Source: Candidatus Aminicenantes bacterium
Lineage (GTDB): Bacteria; Acidobacteriota; Aminicenantia; Aminicenantales; JAFGBC01
Assembly (NCBI GenBank): GCA_963702005.1
Contig: OY969696.1
Coordinates: 3,392,001 to 3,456,000, forward strand
Length of the DNA stretch: 64,000 nucleotides
Direction: 5' to 3'
In this document: positions 19,919 through 29,709 of the stretch, piece after piece
Layout: every line of letters begins with the position of its first letter
Numbering within the stretch: the first letter of the stretch is position 1
Program-made: the position numbers and the translations under genes
Notes under the pieces: model-generated
Seen by the model: the letters and a program-made list of their open reading frames with translations, nothing else
The model's database searches: none
Told to the model about the DNA's origin: nothing

Positions 19919-20598
19919 TCAGCGCCGGAAGTCGGCGCCGATGAACTTGAGACCGTCGACGATTCCCGTCTTCCAATACTCCCAGCTGTGGGCGCCGTCC
20001 CGGACGCGGAACTCGTGGGGGATCTTCCGATCGTGGAGCACAACGCTCAAGGCGGCGTTCCCCTTGAACAGGAAATCGTCGTCCCCGCAGTCGATGTAAT
20101 AGCGAACCTTCATCCTCCCATCGATAGGCCCGAGACGCCGCGGAATTCCCGATCGGGACGGGTCCGGAGGGTCGAGTCGATGCGCGGAATGAACTCTTGG
20201 ACGAACATGTCCTCGAAGCGGACCTTGTTCTGATAGTCGTTGATGTACCAGGTGACGCCCCCGTCGGGCATGGCGATGATCATGGGCGGGATCTCTCGGG
20301 CCGCGATGGCCCGGTCGGCCGCGAGATGGATCTCGCCGAATTGGACCCAGCCGGATTCATCGTCCGTGTAGCCGTGAAGGAGATAGACGACGGGATAGCG
20401 GCGGGAGGAGGTCTGGTAGTCGGGCGGAAGATAGACGGCGTAATTGACTTCCCGGCCGAGGACGGCGCTCGTGAAATGGAGTCCTTCCAGGACTTGGCCT
20501 TGGTTGACACATTCTCCGGACGCGAGCGCTCGAGCACCTCCAAGGAAGCCAATCATTGCCAGGACGACGGCACTAGCGATCTTGGCTGTTCGTATCAT
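19919..20598 (-). pseudogene. Putative esterase (alpha/beta hydrolase, XynC/Fes-like) with internal deletion and frameshift at ~20112
   Basis: YLPPDY, YPVVYLLHG and GLSMGG are followed immediately by the out-of-frame C-terminus KVRYYIDCGDDD...DGAHSWEYW. The segment normally between them is missing. Confidence 0.75.
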
Positions 20599-21482
20599 TT
20601 GATAGAGACCTCCACTTTGGATTCGACCGTGAAAAACCGATAATTCTTGTAGCGGATCACGGTCCTTGCCCTGATGAAAGGCTCCTTGCCGGCCTTGAGA
20701 TAGGCTTCTTCCGTGATATCGAGGCTGGGAAAACGGAGCCCGTTTTTCTCGAAACCGTACTCCGTGGTCGAGGTCATTCGGGGCTCGGCCTTGAAGCTCC
20801 GCGCCCGTTCCTCGATCTGCTTGAAGCCGCCCAGGGTTGACTGGTCCCACTCGATCTTGAGGACGGAGCCGTCGCTCTCGCGGATCCAGGCCTTTCCGTC
20901 GCAATGCCTGCCCTCCATCCCCGGACGCATCCGGGACTCGAGGATGACCGCCCGTTCGCCGCCGACCGCGTCCTCGCCCGCGATCCGGAAATTGCGCCGG
21001 GGCCGCCAGTCCTCCCCCAAGAGACCGATCGGCCCGAACAGGACGTTTTCGACCTGTACGGCGCTGGTGAGGAGGCCGTCGTCTTTCACGGTTGCCGCTC
21101 GGCCGTTTATTAGGAGCAGGGTTCGGGCTTCTTTCTTGATGATATCCTTCCGGATGAACTGGAAATCGTAGAGGTAGCTGTTCTTCTGGAAAGGATTTTC
21201 CGGATTCTCGGCGCCAGCAGGCCATTCCCGGGAGTGATCGATTTCCTCGGTGATCTCCTCGAGACAGACAAAATCCAGGGCCGCGTTTTCCAGGCGTTGG
21301 CAGTAGAGGGCCGTTTTGCCCAGGAGGTTAATGAGCCTTAGGTTGGCGTCTTCCTTTTGGGAGGCGGAAAGGAGAATGGGAGCTGTCGCGGGAGACTCCC
21401 CGGCCGGACGTACCGCGTCGGATAGCGTTCCGGGGGACCCCGGCATCAAGCCGACGGCCAACAGGAGCCAAAAAATGCCCAT
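20595..21482 (-). CDS. Hypothetical secreted beta-rich protein
   Basis: Signal peptide, ATGA overlap with the esterase, upstream TTGACA-N18-TAAACT (21528-21499). Confidence 0.72.
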   Translation of the reverse strand: MGIFWLLLAVGLMPGSPGTLSDAVRPAGESPATAPILLSASQKEDANLRLINLLGKTALYCQRLENAALDFVCLEEITEEIDHSREWPAGAENPENPFQKNSYLYDFQFIRKDIIKKEARTLLLINGRAATVKDDGLLTSAVQVENVLFGPIGLLGEDWRPRRNFRIAGEDAVGGERAVILESRMRPGMEGRHCDGKAWIRESDGSVLKIEWDQSTLGGFKQIEERARSFKAEPRMTSTTEYGFEKNGLRFPSLDITEEAYLKAGKEPFIRARTVIRYKNYRFFTVESKVEVSIK

Positions 21483-21523
21483 GATCCTTTTTGTTCTGAG
21501 TTTAGGCGCTTGAAAAGGGAAAT

Positions 21524-21667
21524 GTCAACCCCTCGACTCCCCAGCATGAATGCCGGGGCTTGTTCGGGGTTAACCCTGAGCCTCGCTTCTCATCCCCGCC
21601 TTGAAAGGCGGGGCTCCGATTTTAAGCCCCGCCTTTAAGGGCGGGGTAGCGTCGGCGAACGGGTCAA
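21524..21667. mobile_element. Non-autonomous palindromic element resembling IS200/IS605 ends (MITE/REP-like)
   Basis: Three CCCC...GGGG hairpins (21539-21558, 21594-21613, 21627-21646, e.g. CCCCGCCTTGAAAGGCGGGG) bounded by GTCAA at 21524-21528 and 21663-21667. Confidence 0.6.
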
Positions 21668-22488
21668 GAAGACGAGACGAGAGAAGGCTCGGCGCCATCG
21701 CCGAGCTGTGATCGCAAGCTCAGGACGATCTGAACTCGCCCCTTGAATTCCTCGATGAAGCCGGTGACGGCGACCTTACGGCCGACAAGAGACCGGAGCT
21801 CGGCGTCCGGAATGGGCGGCGGCGCCGGAACGAAGACCTCGAAGTCCTCGCCGCTCCGCAGATAGAGATAGTTTCTTTTTTCGTAAATGTCCCGGCAGAC
21901 GAATTCGACGGTCGCGATCGAACCCAAGCGCGAGCGCGCCTCAGCGGCTCGGATGGCCGGCCAGGCATCTTTCCGCCACAGCCCTTTTTCCAGGCGCCGC
22001 GCCTCCCGTTCCGCTTCCCGGAATCGGGACTTCATATCCTCGCGGTAGGGATACTTCGTAAACGCGTGCGCAAAGCCCTCCTTGACGATGAGCTCGTTGA
22101 AGAGCGTCCCGTCATCCAGGACGATATAAGCCAGGGTTCGGCCGTACGTGTCCGTTCCCTCCCAGTCGTAGGTCATCCGCACGCTTTTTTGGTAGAGATG
22201 ATAAAACGCGAAGCGCCGGGCCATATGGGCGAAAAACAAGACCTCTTCCCGTTTGTCGTCCATCTCGGGAGAATCGATCCCGATCAGCCGGACCCTCCGC
22301 TCCTCCCCCGTCCCGAGCCGGACCTCGATCGTATCTCCGTCGTAGACGCGCGCGACGATCGCCGCATCCTCCCGCTCCATCCTTCGGATCGAAGGATTGG
22401 ATTCGGGAGTCTGCCAAAGGCAGGCGAGAGCCAGGCCGGAGACAAGCGCCTTGGGAAGAGGTCCCCTAGTTATTCTTCGACCCGCCAC
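21664..22488 (-). CDS. Thermonuclease (SNase) family protein with C-terminal OB-fold-like domain
   Basis: VYDGDTI, VRLIGIDSPE, DTYGRTLAY, NELIVKEGFA, AxRLEKGLW. Confidence 0.88.
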   Translation of the reverse strand: MAGRRITRGPLPKALVSGLALACLWQTPESNPSIRRMEREDAAIVARVYDGDTIEVRLGTGEERRVRLIGIDSPEMDDKREEVLFFAHMARRFAFYHLYQKSVRMTYDWEGTDTYGRTLAYIVLDDGTLFNELIVKEGFAHAFTKYPYREDMKSRFREAEREARRLEKGLWRKDAWPAIRAAEARSRLGSIATVEFVCRDIYEKRNYLYLRSGEDFEVFVPAPPPIPDAELRSLVGRKVAVTGFIEEFKGRVQIVLSLRSQLGDGAEPSLVSSS

Positions 22489-22553
22489 CTCGATTTTTCC
22501 TGCTTCGGCTTATCCTCGATGGCCGCCGATTTCGCCCGGGCCCCTCATTGTCC

Positions 22554-22997
22554 CTAAGCCGCGGTTTTGATTTGATAGACGACGAAAGAGAAATTGTCCT
22601 TGACGTATTTTAGGGTACTGAGGTCCGTAAGATAAACAAAGAGTTTACCCCCCATGCTGCTGGTTGTGGCCAAAATGGGTTCATTGGCAAGGGTCGTGGC
22701 CACGACGACGAAATCACGGAAGCTGAAATCCGAAGCGGGGCCTTTCAATTTGATCTGCCAGCGACCGGCCGTGAAGGTCGCCTTGACGATATTGTAGTTC
22801 TGTTCGATAGATCCGTCTTCGTTGATCTGTCCGGCCGCCACGACCGCGACCGTCGTCGCTCCGTTGATGACCTGGTCGAGACGCGCCCGCGTTTTACCCG
22901 CCCCGCTGTCCGAAGACAGGAAAAGCGGAGCTGCCGCAAGCGCGATTATGAGCCATAAGAACGTCCTGACATCGGCCTTCTTCTTCGTTTCCATCAT
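22554..22997 (-). CDS. Hypothetical secreted protein
   Basis: RBS GAGGA, N-terminal hydrophobic helix, short beta-rich domain ending FSFVVY. Confidence 0.65.
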   Translation of the reverse strand: MMETKKKADVRTFLWLIIALAAAPLFLSSDSGAGKTRARLDQVINGATTVAVVAAGQINEDGSIEQNYNIVKATFTAGRWQIKLKGPASDFSFRDFVVVATTLANEPILATTSSMGGKLFVYLTDLSTLKYVKDNFSFVVYQIKTAA

Positions 22998-23061
22998 CGA
23001 GTCCTCCTTACCCGTGATTTTTAACATAGCCCTTTTGGGATATACTGGGCATAATTCAGCG

Positions 23062-24888
23062 TCATCTCATAAACGACTTGACCGCTTCGACGATGTGGCG
23101 GGCGCTGATGCCGTATTTGTCGAGGAGCTCATCGGGCTTGCCCGAGCGCGGAAGCTCCCGGACCGCGAGGTGGGCGAGCTTCGCCCTCCCCGCCAGCGCC
23201 GCGGCTACGGCATCGCCCAGCCCACCGCCAGCGAAATGGTCCTCGACGACGACGACCTTCCCGCCGGCCGCGGCCGCTTCACGCAGGAGGGTCTCCCGGT
23301 CGATGGGTTCGACAGAATAGGCGTCTAGAACGGATACGCCGATGCCTTCTTTTTTCAACTCCTCATAAGCCTTAAGAGACTCGTGAACCGTGATGCCGGC
23401 GGCCACGATCAGCACGGCGTCTCCCGCCCCTTTCTTCAGGATCTTGGAACCTCCGACCGGAAACGCTTCATCCTTTTTATAAAGAAGCGCGGTGGCCGGG
23501 CGGGTCGTTCTTAGGTAGGCCAATCCCTTGTGCTCCGCCATCGCCCGGACGCATCCCTCGGCGGAAAACCCGTCGCTCGGGTAAAGGACGGCACAGCCGG
23601 GCACGGACCGGAACAGACTCAGGTCTTCGAGCCCCATCTGGGACGGCCCGTCCTCGCCGATGCTGACCCCCACGTGGGAGCCGCACAGCTTTATATTTGA
23701 GAAGGAATAGGCCGCCATGCGGATTTGGTCATGGGCCCGCGTCAAGAAAGCGGCGAAGGTGGCGATATAAGGCAGAAATCCTTTGGCGGCCAAGCCCATG
23801 GCCATGCCGACCATGTTCTGCTCGGCGATGTAGGACTGGAACGACCGCTTGGGGAAGGCTTCAAAAAACTTGTCGGCGTAGGTTGAATTCTTAACGTCGC
23901 CGTCGATCGCAACGACGCCGGCATGAACGCGGCCCAGCGCGGCCAGGGCGTTTCCGTAGGCGAGACGCGTCGCGATCTTTTCTTTATAATCGGACCTCTC
24001 GAAATCCGTCCGCCCCTCCGGTTTGGGAGGCGTGACGGCTTTGGGCTTCCGCACCATCTTGGCCGCATCGACCTCGGGCATCGGCCCGAGTTCGGTCAGG
24101 GCTTTTTCGAGCTCGTCCTTTTTAAGGGGCTTACCGTGCCAACCGTTGCGGTCTTCGATGAAGGAGACGCCCTTCCCTTTGATCGTCTTGGCCAGGATGA
24201 CGGTCGGAAGGCCATTTCTCCCCGCCTTCTGCAAGGCCTCGAGGATTTGAGGAACACTGTGACCGTTGACGGGCAAGACATCCCAGCCGAAGGCTTTGAA
24301 CTTGCGGGCATAGGCCTTGGCGTCATGGCCGTGCATGGTGAAGTCGGACTGGCCGAGCCGGTTGATGTCGACAACCGCGACGAGGTTCCTGAGCTTGAGG
24401 TTCGCCGCGGCGTTGGCCGCTTCCCAGACGGATCCCTCGGCGCACTCGCCGTCGCCCAGGACGGCGAAGGCGCGGCCGGGCGATTTCCCCAACCGCATCG
24501 CCAAGGCCATGCCGACGGCCACGGACAGCCCCTGGCCCAAGCTTCCGGTCGCCGCCTTGACCCATTCCATGCGGGGCGTCGGATGGCCCTCCAAATCGCT
24601 CGTGATCTTGCGGAGGTTGAGAAGATCCTCCTTGGCGATAATCCCCGCCTCGGCGTAGGCCGCCCAGAGGATGGGCGCGGCGTGCCCCTTGGACAGGACG
24701 AACTCGTCGTTGGCCCAGCCCCGGGCGTCTCGGATGTCGTACCTCATCTCGGAGAAAAACAAGCAGGCCGCAATCTCGGCCATGGACAAGCAGGTCGTGG
24801 GATGGCCCGACCCGGCCTCGGTCGTCATGCGCAGGCTGTGGATGCGGAGCCGCTTGGCGACGGCCTCGAGAGCTTGGACCTTGTTCAT
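23062..24888 (-). CDS. tkt: Transketolase (single-chain ~610-aa type)
   Basis: SGHPT, LSKGHA, TGSLGQG, GDGE..EGSVWEA TPP motif, IAEQNMV, GEDGPSQM. Confidence 0.93.
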   Translation of the reverse strand: MNKVQALEAVAKRLRIHSLRMTTEAGSGHPTTCLSMAEIAACLFFSEMRYDIRDARGWANDEFVLSKGHAAPILWAAYAEAGIIAKEDLLNLRKITSDLEGHPTPRMEWVKAATGSLGQGLSVAVGMALAMRLGKSPGRAFAVLGDGECAEGSVWEAANAAANLKLRNLVAVVDINRLGQSDFTMHGHDAKAYARKFKAFGWDVLPVNGHSVPQILEALQKAGRNGLPTVILAKTIKGKGVSFIEDRNGWHGKPLKKDELEKALTELGPMPEVDAAKMVRKPKAVTPPKPEGRTDFERSDYKEKIATRLAYGNALAALGRVHAGVVAIDGDVKNSTYADKFFEAFPKRSFQSYIAEQNMVGMAMGLAAKGFLPYIATFAAFLTRAHDQIRMAAYSFSNIKLCGSHVGVSIGEDGPSQMGLEDLSLFRSVPGCAVLYPSDGFSAEGCVRAMAEHKGLAYLRTTRPATALLYKKDEAFPVGGSKILKKGAGDAVLIVAAGITVHESLKAYEELKKEGIGVSVLDAYSVEPIDRETLLREAAAAGGKVVVVEDHFAGGGLGDAVAAALAGRAKLAHLAVRELPRSGKPDELLDKYGISARHIVEAVKSFMR

Positions 24889-25019
24889 CGCGGAACTCCT
24901 TTCCGGGGCGGCTCGGCCATCGGATGTTTAAAGATATCGAAACTCCACGGGAAAGGCAAGCCCGCCAAGTCACTTGATTTATCCGCCGGGCGGGTGCTAA
25001 ATTAACGAGGGGGAGATTA

Positions 25020-27035
25020 ATGCTGAAAAGGGCTTCCTCGAAATCCGGTTCCAGCATCGAGCTTTGCTTCGCCATCTTGGGCTTTTCTCTTCTCTCGAGT
25101 TCTTTTTCCGCGGCCCAGGTCGAGACCCAGGAGCAACTTAAGCACGAAGTCACCGTGACTTTGAAATTGGTTCAGGTTTATGTCCTGGATAAGTCCGGAA
25201 GCGCCGTCGCCGATTTGACCAAAGCCGACTTCGAGCTTTACGATAACGGCCAAGCCAAGCCAATTACGGATTTTGAAAAACACGACTTGTCTATAAATCA
25301 AGTTCCGCAAGGCCCGCAACCTTCCCTTCCTACCCCGCCTGTTTCGAAAATGAACCGGAAGTTCTTCTTGTTCTTCGATTTTGCCTTCAACAACAGGGCG
25401 GGGATCTCGAAATCGAGAACGGCCGCGCTGAATTTTCTTGACACCCAGGTCCGTCCCGAAGATGAAGTCGGAGTCCTGTCTTTTTCGGCCAGAAAGGGGC
25501 TAACCCTCCACGAATATCTGACCCTCGACCACGCGAGAATCCGTCAGGTCGTCGCGGGTTTGGGACCTAGCCAATTCCTGGGGAGAGCCTGGGGGATCGA
25601 AAGCGAGTGGCTTAAAGATCATCTGAAGTTGGATGAAGAGCTTGGCGCTGGGGATATGACACAAAGAATTGCCGGGGCCGAACAATCGGTAGTGAATAAT
25701 GAAGCCGTCGGCTTCGCGTCGCAGATTTCCGAGCTGGCGAAGGCTCTCCGAAACATTCCCGGCGTTAAAAATATCATCCTCTTCTCCTCCGGCATCCCGA
25801 ATTATTCCCTATACGGATCGCAATACGTGACGAACGAAATGGGAGACCGATGGGGGGATGCCTCCTTACGCGACCGCTACACCGGGATGTGTAAGGAACT
25901 GGCGGGTTCCAACAGCACGGTCTATGCCGTCAACGTCTCCAGCGCCGGGTCCGCGCCTTTCGAAGAAAAAGATCTAAAAGGCGATGAGGCGCTCAGGCAA
26001 CTGGCCCGAGACTCGGGCGGCAAGTATTTCGACAACATCAACAGCTACGAGACTATCAACCGGACCATTCAGAAGGTAACTGGGACCTACTATGTGCTGG
26101 GATATTACATCGACGAAAAACGGGACGGCCGTTTCCACAATGTCCGAGTCGAAGTCAAGAAGAAAGGCTGCTCCGTCTACGGACAGCAAGGATATTTCAA
26201 TCCGAAACCGTTCACCGAATATTCGGAAAACGAAAAGCTTCTTCATATCATCGACCTGGCCTTGGCCGAGAACCCCCTATTCCAGGCCCCGACCGAAGCC
26301 CCCGTGACGGTTCTGCCGGTCATGGACAGGGGGAGGCCGGCTATCCTAGCCTTCCTCAGCATTCCCCGTCGGCTTGCGGCGAAAGCCCTGGCGAACAACG
26401 CCGAGGCCCTTTGCCTGATCTTCGACGAGAAGGGGGATACGGAGTCCATCGTTCCGCTGAGAATCACGAACCCCAATCCGGAGAAAGAGTTTGTCCAACT
26501 CGTATTTGCCGTCCCGGCGCGGCCGGGCCGCGTTGTTTGCCGGATAGCCCTCTGCAACATGGAGACCGGGTGCGGCGTCAGAGGAATACAAACCATAACA
26601 GTTCCGGAAGCTCGCGAGGCGGCCCTGTGGCTCGATCCGCCTCTTTTCCTAACCGACCAGAGAAACGAGGACATTTACGCATCGCCAGGGACGTCGCTTG
26701 AAAACCTCTATGCTTATGATCCGCGAGAGTCTTCCCCATTGCTAGGAGACCTGCCCGCCGGGACGAAGATATTACGAGCGGCCCTTCGGGTCACATCACT
26801 TAGGCCGAATTTCGAGATCGAGCTGACGGCGCAGATCATGGAAACGGGCGGGACGAGTCCGCGGCCGGTTCCCGTGGCCATCCTCAAAGAATTCACGGAT
26901 GGTCCGACGAAGAAGCTCCTCATCGATTTGGCCCCGGGCGATCTCAAACCCGGAAACTATTTGCTCTCCCTGGTCGCTAAGGAGAAAGGCGGTCAAGCGG
27001 TTGCTCAGACGGCCGCAAAGATCACCGTGAAATAG
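25020..27035 (+). CDS. VWA domain-containing protein (Acidobacterial VWFA-related type)
   Basis: VTVTLKLVQVYVLDKSG..V.DLT..DFELYDNG, KNIILFSSG, LARDSGG.YF, YYVLGYY, DGRFHNVRVEV. Confidence 0.85.
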   Translation: MLKRASSKSGSSIELCFAILGFSLLSSSFSAAQVETQEQLKHEVTVTLKLVQVYVLDKSGSAVADLTKADFELYDNGQAKPITDFEKHDLSINQVPQGPQPSLPTPPVSKMNRKFFLFFDFAFNNRAGISKSRTAALNFLDTQVRPEDEVGVLSFSARKGLTLHEYLTLDHARIRQVVAGLGPSQFLGRAWGIESEWLKDHLKLDEELGAGDMTQRIAGAEQSVVNNEAVGFASQISELAKALRNIPGVKNIILFSSGIPNYSLYGSQYVTNEMGDRWGDASLRDRYTGMCKELAGSNSTVYAVNVSSAGSAPFEEKDLKGDEALRQLARDSGGKYFDNINSYETINRTIQKVTGTYYVLGYYIDEKRDGRFHNVRVEVKKKGCSVYGQQGYFNPKPFTEYSENEKLLHIIDLALAENPLFQAPTEAPVTVLPVMDRGRPAILAFLSIPRRLAAKALANNAEALCLIFDEKGDTESIVPLRITNPNPEKEFVQLVFAVPARPGRVVCRIALCNMETGCGVRGIQTITVPEAREAALWLDPPLFLTDQRNEDIYASPGTSLENLYAYDPRESSPLLGDLPAGTKILRAALRVTSLRPNFEIELTAQIMETGGTSPRPVPVAILKEFTDGPTKKLLIDLAPGDLKPGNYLLSLVAKEKGGQAVAQTAAKITVK

Positions 27036-27075
27036 TCCTCGATAAAATAAACACGCCCGGCAAGCCCGTCGCGCC

Positions 27076-27121
27076 GGGGTCAAGCGGGCGGATTGACCCC
27101 GCCCCCCACAAGGATTATCAT
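27076..27121 (+). promoter_or_regulatory. Promoter TTGACC-N17-TATCAT overlapped by inverted repeat GGGGTCAA-N9-TTGACCCC
   Basis: Palindrome 27076-27100, -35 at 27093-27098, -10 at 27116-27121, ATG at 27131 with no SD. Confidence 0.45.
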
Positions 27122-27130
27122 GATATCGTC

Positions 27131-27607
27131 ATGGACGCCGTAAAACTCCTGCTCCTCGCCGCCCGACTCGAGTCCAAGGCCGGAGTATGCTATCAAAGGC
27201 TAAGCCTGCTCGCCGCGCAGGACGGCGCCGTCGCCCAAGATCTGAAGATTCTCTCCAAGGAGGAGGCCGTCCACGCCAATAGCCTGAAATCGGCGAAGAT
27301 GTACGCGGTGGCCGACCCCGGCTTGTTCAAACCCGGCTCTTTGGCTCCCGAAGACATCATAAATTACATCCAGCTCGCCGAAGACCTCATCCGGGCCGCC
27401 GAAGAGAAGACGGTCAATCTCGCTCAAGGACTGAAGAAGATCCAAGCGCTCGAGATTCTGTTCGAACAAGCGCACTTGGCCACGCTGGCGAACGTGACCG
27501 ACCCCTCCCTGCGGAAGCTGTTCCAGGCTTTGTCCCAAGGAGATAAGAGCCACCGCGAACGGCTGAATAAAATCCTCAAGGTTATAACGCCGAAAGAACG
27601 TTCCTGA
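27131..27607 (+). CDS. Ferritin-like / rubrerythrin-family four-helix bundle protein
   Basis: E..A..Y, EExxH, and L.KLF..L...DKSH pattern. Confidence 0.7.
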   Translation: MDAVKLLLLAARLESKAGVCYQRLSLLAAQDGAVAQDLKILSKEEAVHANSLKSAKMYAVADPGLFKPGSLAPEDIINYIQLAEDLIRAAEEKTVNLAQGLKKIQALEILFEQAHLATLANVTDPSLRKLFQALSQGDKSHRERLNKILKVITPKERS

Positions 27608-27648
27608 CGGAATAACCGATACGCGTCCGGGACCGGGCGGACGCGCTC

Positions 27649-28668
27649 TTAAATCTTCAAGAACAGCTTCTCGTACAAGGCCAGGGCGTACTGATCGGTC
27701 ATGCCCGCGATGAAATCGCCGGCGCGAACCTCGAGCGAATCTCCCTTGGGATAGTCCTTGACATAGTCGGCGGGATGGGCGAGGACGTACCCGTAGAGGT
27801 CGGCCACGATCTTTTTGACCTTCTCGTGCTCCTCGAGCGCCCTGGCGCCGAAATAGACCTTCTCGTACAGGAACTCGCGGAGCTCAATGACGGCCCGCTT
27901 GATCCGGCCGCTCAGCGCGATCCGCTCCAAGTTCAGGGCCAGGCTGGCCTCCACGACGTCCATGACCATCCGGTCGATCCGGTTGGCGTGCCACTTCCCC
28001 AGGATCTTGACCAGCGAGGCCGGGATGTCCTCCTCCCGGATGACCTCGGCCCGCAGGGCGTCGTCGACGTCGTGGTTGACGTAGGCGATGATGTCGGAGA
28101 CGCGGACGATCTGGCCCTCGAGCGTCATGGGCAGGTCGATCAGGTCGCCGTCCAGGATCTCGCCCCGCCCCTTGGAGTGTTTACAGATCCCGTCCCGGAC
28201 CTCGAAGGTCAGGTTGAGCCCCTTGCCGTCGTACTCGAGCTTCTCGACGACGCGGAGGCTCTGCTCGTAGTGGCTGAAGCCGCCCGGCAGAAGCTCGGCC
28301 AGCATCTGCTCCCCGGCGTGGCCGAAGGGCGTGTGGCCCAGGTCGTGGCCGAGGGCGATCGCCTCGGTCAGGTCCTCGTTGAGGCGGAGGGCCTTGGCGA
28401 TCGTCCGGGCGATCTGGGAGACCTCGAGGGTGTGGGTCAGCCGCGTCCGGTAATGGTCGCCGAAGGGGGCCAGGAAAACCTGAGTCTTGTGCTTGAGGCG
28501 GCGGAAGGATTTGGAATGGATGATCCGGTCCCGGTCGCGCTGAAAGGCCGTCCGGAGGGGATGGGGGGCCTCGGCCCGGACGCGGCCCCGGGTGCGGGCG
28601 CTCAGGCAGGCTTTGGGCGAGAGGATCTGCTTCTCGACCGCCTCGAGCCTCTCCCGGATGGTCATCAT
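27649..28668 (-). CDS. dgt: Deoxyguanosinetriphosphate triphosphohydrolase (HD superfamily, ~340-aa type)
   Basis: [62 protein letters not shown]. Confidence 0.93.
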   Translation of the reverse strand: MMTIRERLEAVEKQILSPKACLSARTRGRVRAEAPHPLRTAFQRDRDRIIHSKSFRRLKHKTQVFLAPFGDHYRTRLTHTLEVSQIARTIAKALRLNEDLTEAIALGHDLGHTPFGHAGEQMLAELLPGGFSHYEQSLRVVEKLEYDGKGLNLTFEVRDGICKHSKGRGEILDGDLIDLPMTLEGQIVRVSDIIAYVNHDVDDALRAEVIREEDIPASLVKILGKWHANRIDRMVMDVVEASLALNLERIALSGRIKRAVIELREFLYEKVYFGARALEEHEKVKKIVADLYGYVLAHPADYVKDYPKGDSLEVRAGDFIAGMTDQYALALYEKLFLKI

Positions 28669-29318
28669 GATTCCTTTGCTTTACCCATAAATTCAGATAC
28701 TATACTCGGATCTAATTCGCTTTCGTTTGCTTTAACAAATTCTTTTAATTTACGTACTGCTTTAAAACATCCGTATATTTGGGGGTTTTCAGACGCTATG
28801 CTTATTATTTCGTTCATCTGAAGAAGAGAATATTCATCTTTGTAATCTAGTAGTAAATCTATGGTCACTTTTGCCCTATCAAAACAATCACTGTCCTTAA
28901 ATACACTAATTAACGAATTTAGGAAATCTTCTTTCAAGTCATCTCGCAAGGAAATTAATTGTGCTATTTTCTTGCAGGATTCATATAAGTTTTGGTCATC
29001 TATTTTGAATGCTTGTATTCTTGATATAAAGCCATATGGATCTTGCGATATTTTCACGGGGATAATATATATTTTTCTTCCTAAAACAAAACCTACCTCT
29101 TGCGATGTCCAATCTGATAATTTGAACATTTCAGTAAGGAGAGCAATAAAAACATCGCATGATTCTAGCTCTCTGATAATCACCTTTTCCCAATCTGCTG
29201 TCGGCTCTATATCTTCATGCGCCAAGAAAACAGATAGACCATATTCTCTTTCTAAGTAGCTTTTTATTTTCCCTGCTTTTTCTTTATATTCGTGATGATG
29301 AGAAACAAATATTTTCAT
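28665..29318 (-). CDS. TIR domain protein with C-terminal helical extension
   Basis: [36 protein letters not shown] (catalytic Glu position), IIPV. Stop overlaps the dgt ATG. Confidence 0.85.
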   Translation of the reverse strand: MKIFVSHHHEYKEKAGKIKSYLEREYGLSVFLAHEDIEPTADWEKVIIRELESCDVFIALLTEMFKLSDWTSQEVGFVLGRKIYIIPVKISQDPYGFISRIQAFKIDDQNLYESCKKIAQLISLRDDLKEDFLNSLISVFKDSDCFDRAKVTIDLLLDYKDEYSLLQMNEIISIASENPQIYGCFKAVRKLKEFVKANESELDPSIVSEFMGKAKES

Positions 29319-29709
29319 TTTTTGCCCAATCTTGAAATATATTATATCGCAGAAAAACACAGAATTTCTCTATAAATTGTAAGCTTATTAATTCATTAAT
29401 TTTCTAATAGGGCACTTTAAAGGCACGCTTAGTTCAAGCCCACCTACATCCTCGAAAATAATCGGCATGTATCTGCAAACCGCCAGTGAAGGTTGGAACA
29501 ACCCCTATCTCTTTTGTGATTTCATGGAAATTCAGTTAAATTAAAGCTTTCATTTCTAATAAAAGGTATAATAACAATTGAAGTGGGGGAAAGTGTAGCT
29601 TCAAAATGGCATCTAATTTTAATTACAGGAAATTCCATTCATCCTGGCCCCCCAAATAAATATTGACAAACTTGAAGAATGAATAACATCACGATGTAGA
29701 GCACATAAT

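Noticed and set aside
28665-29318. Canonical Thoeris, CBASS or pAgo system
   Set aside because: No ThsA-like SIR2/SLOG/Macro protein, nucleotidyltransferase or Argonaute is encoded nearby.
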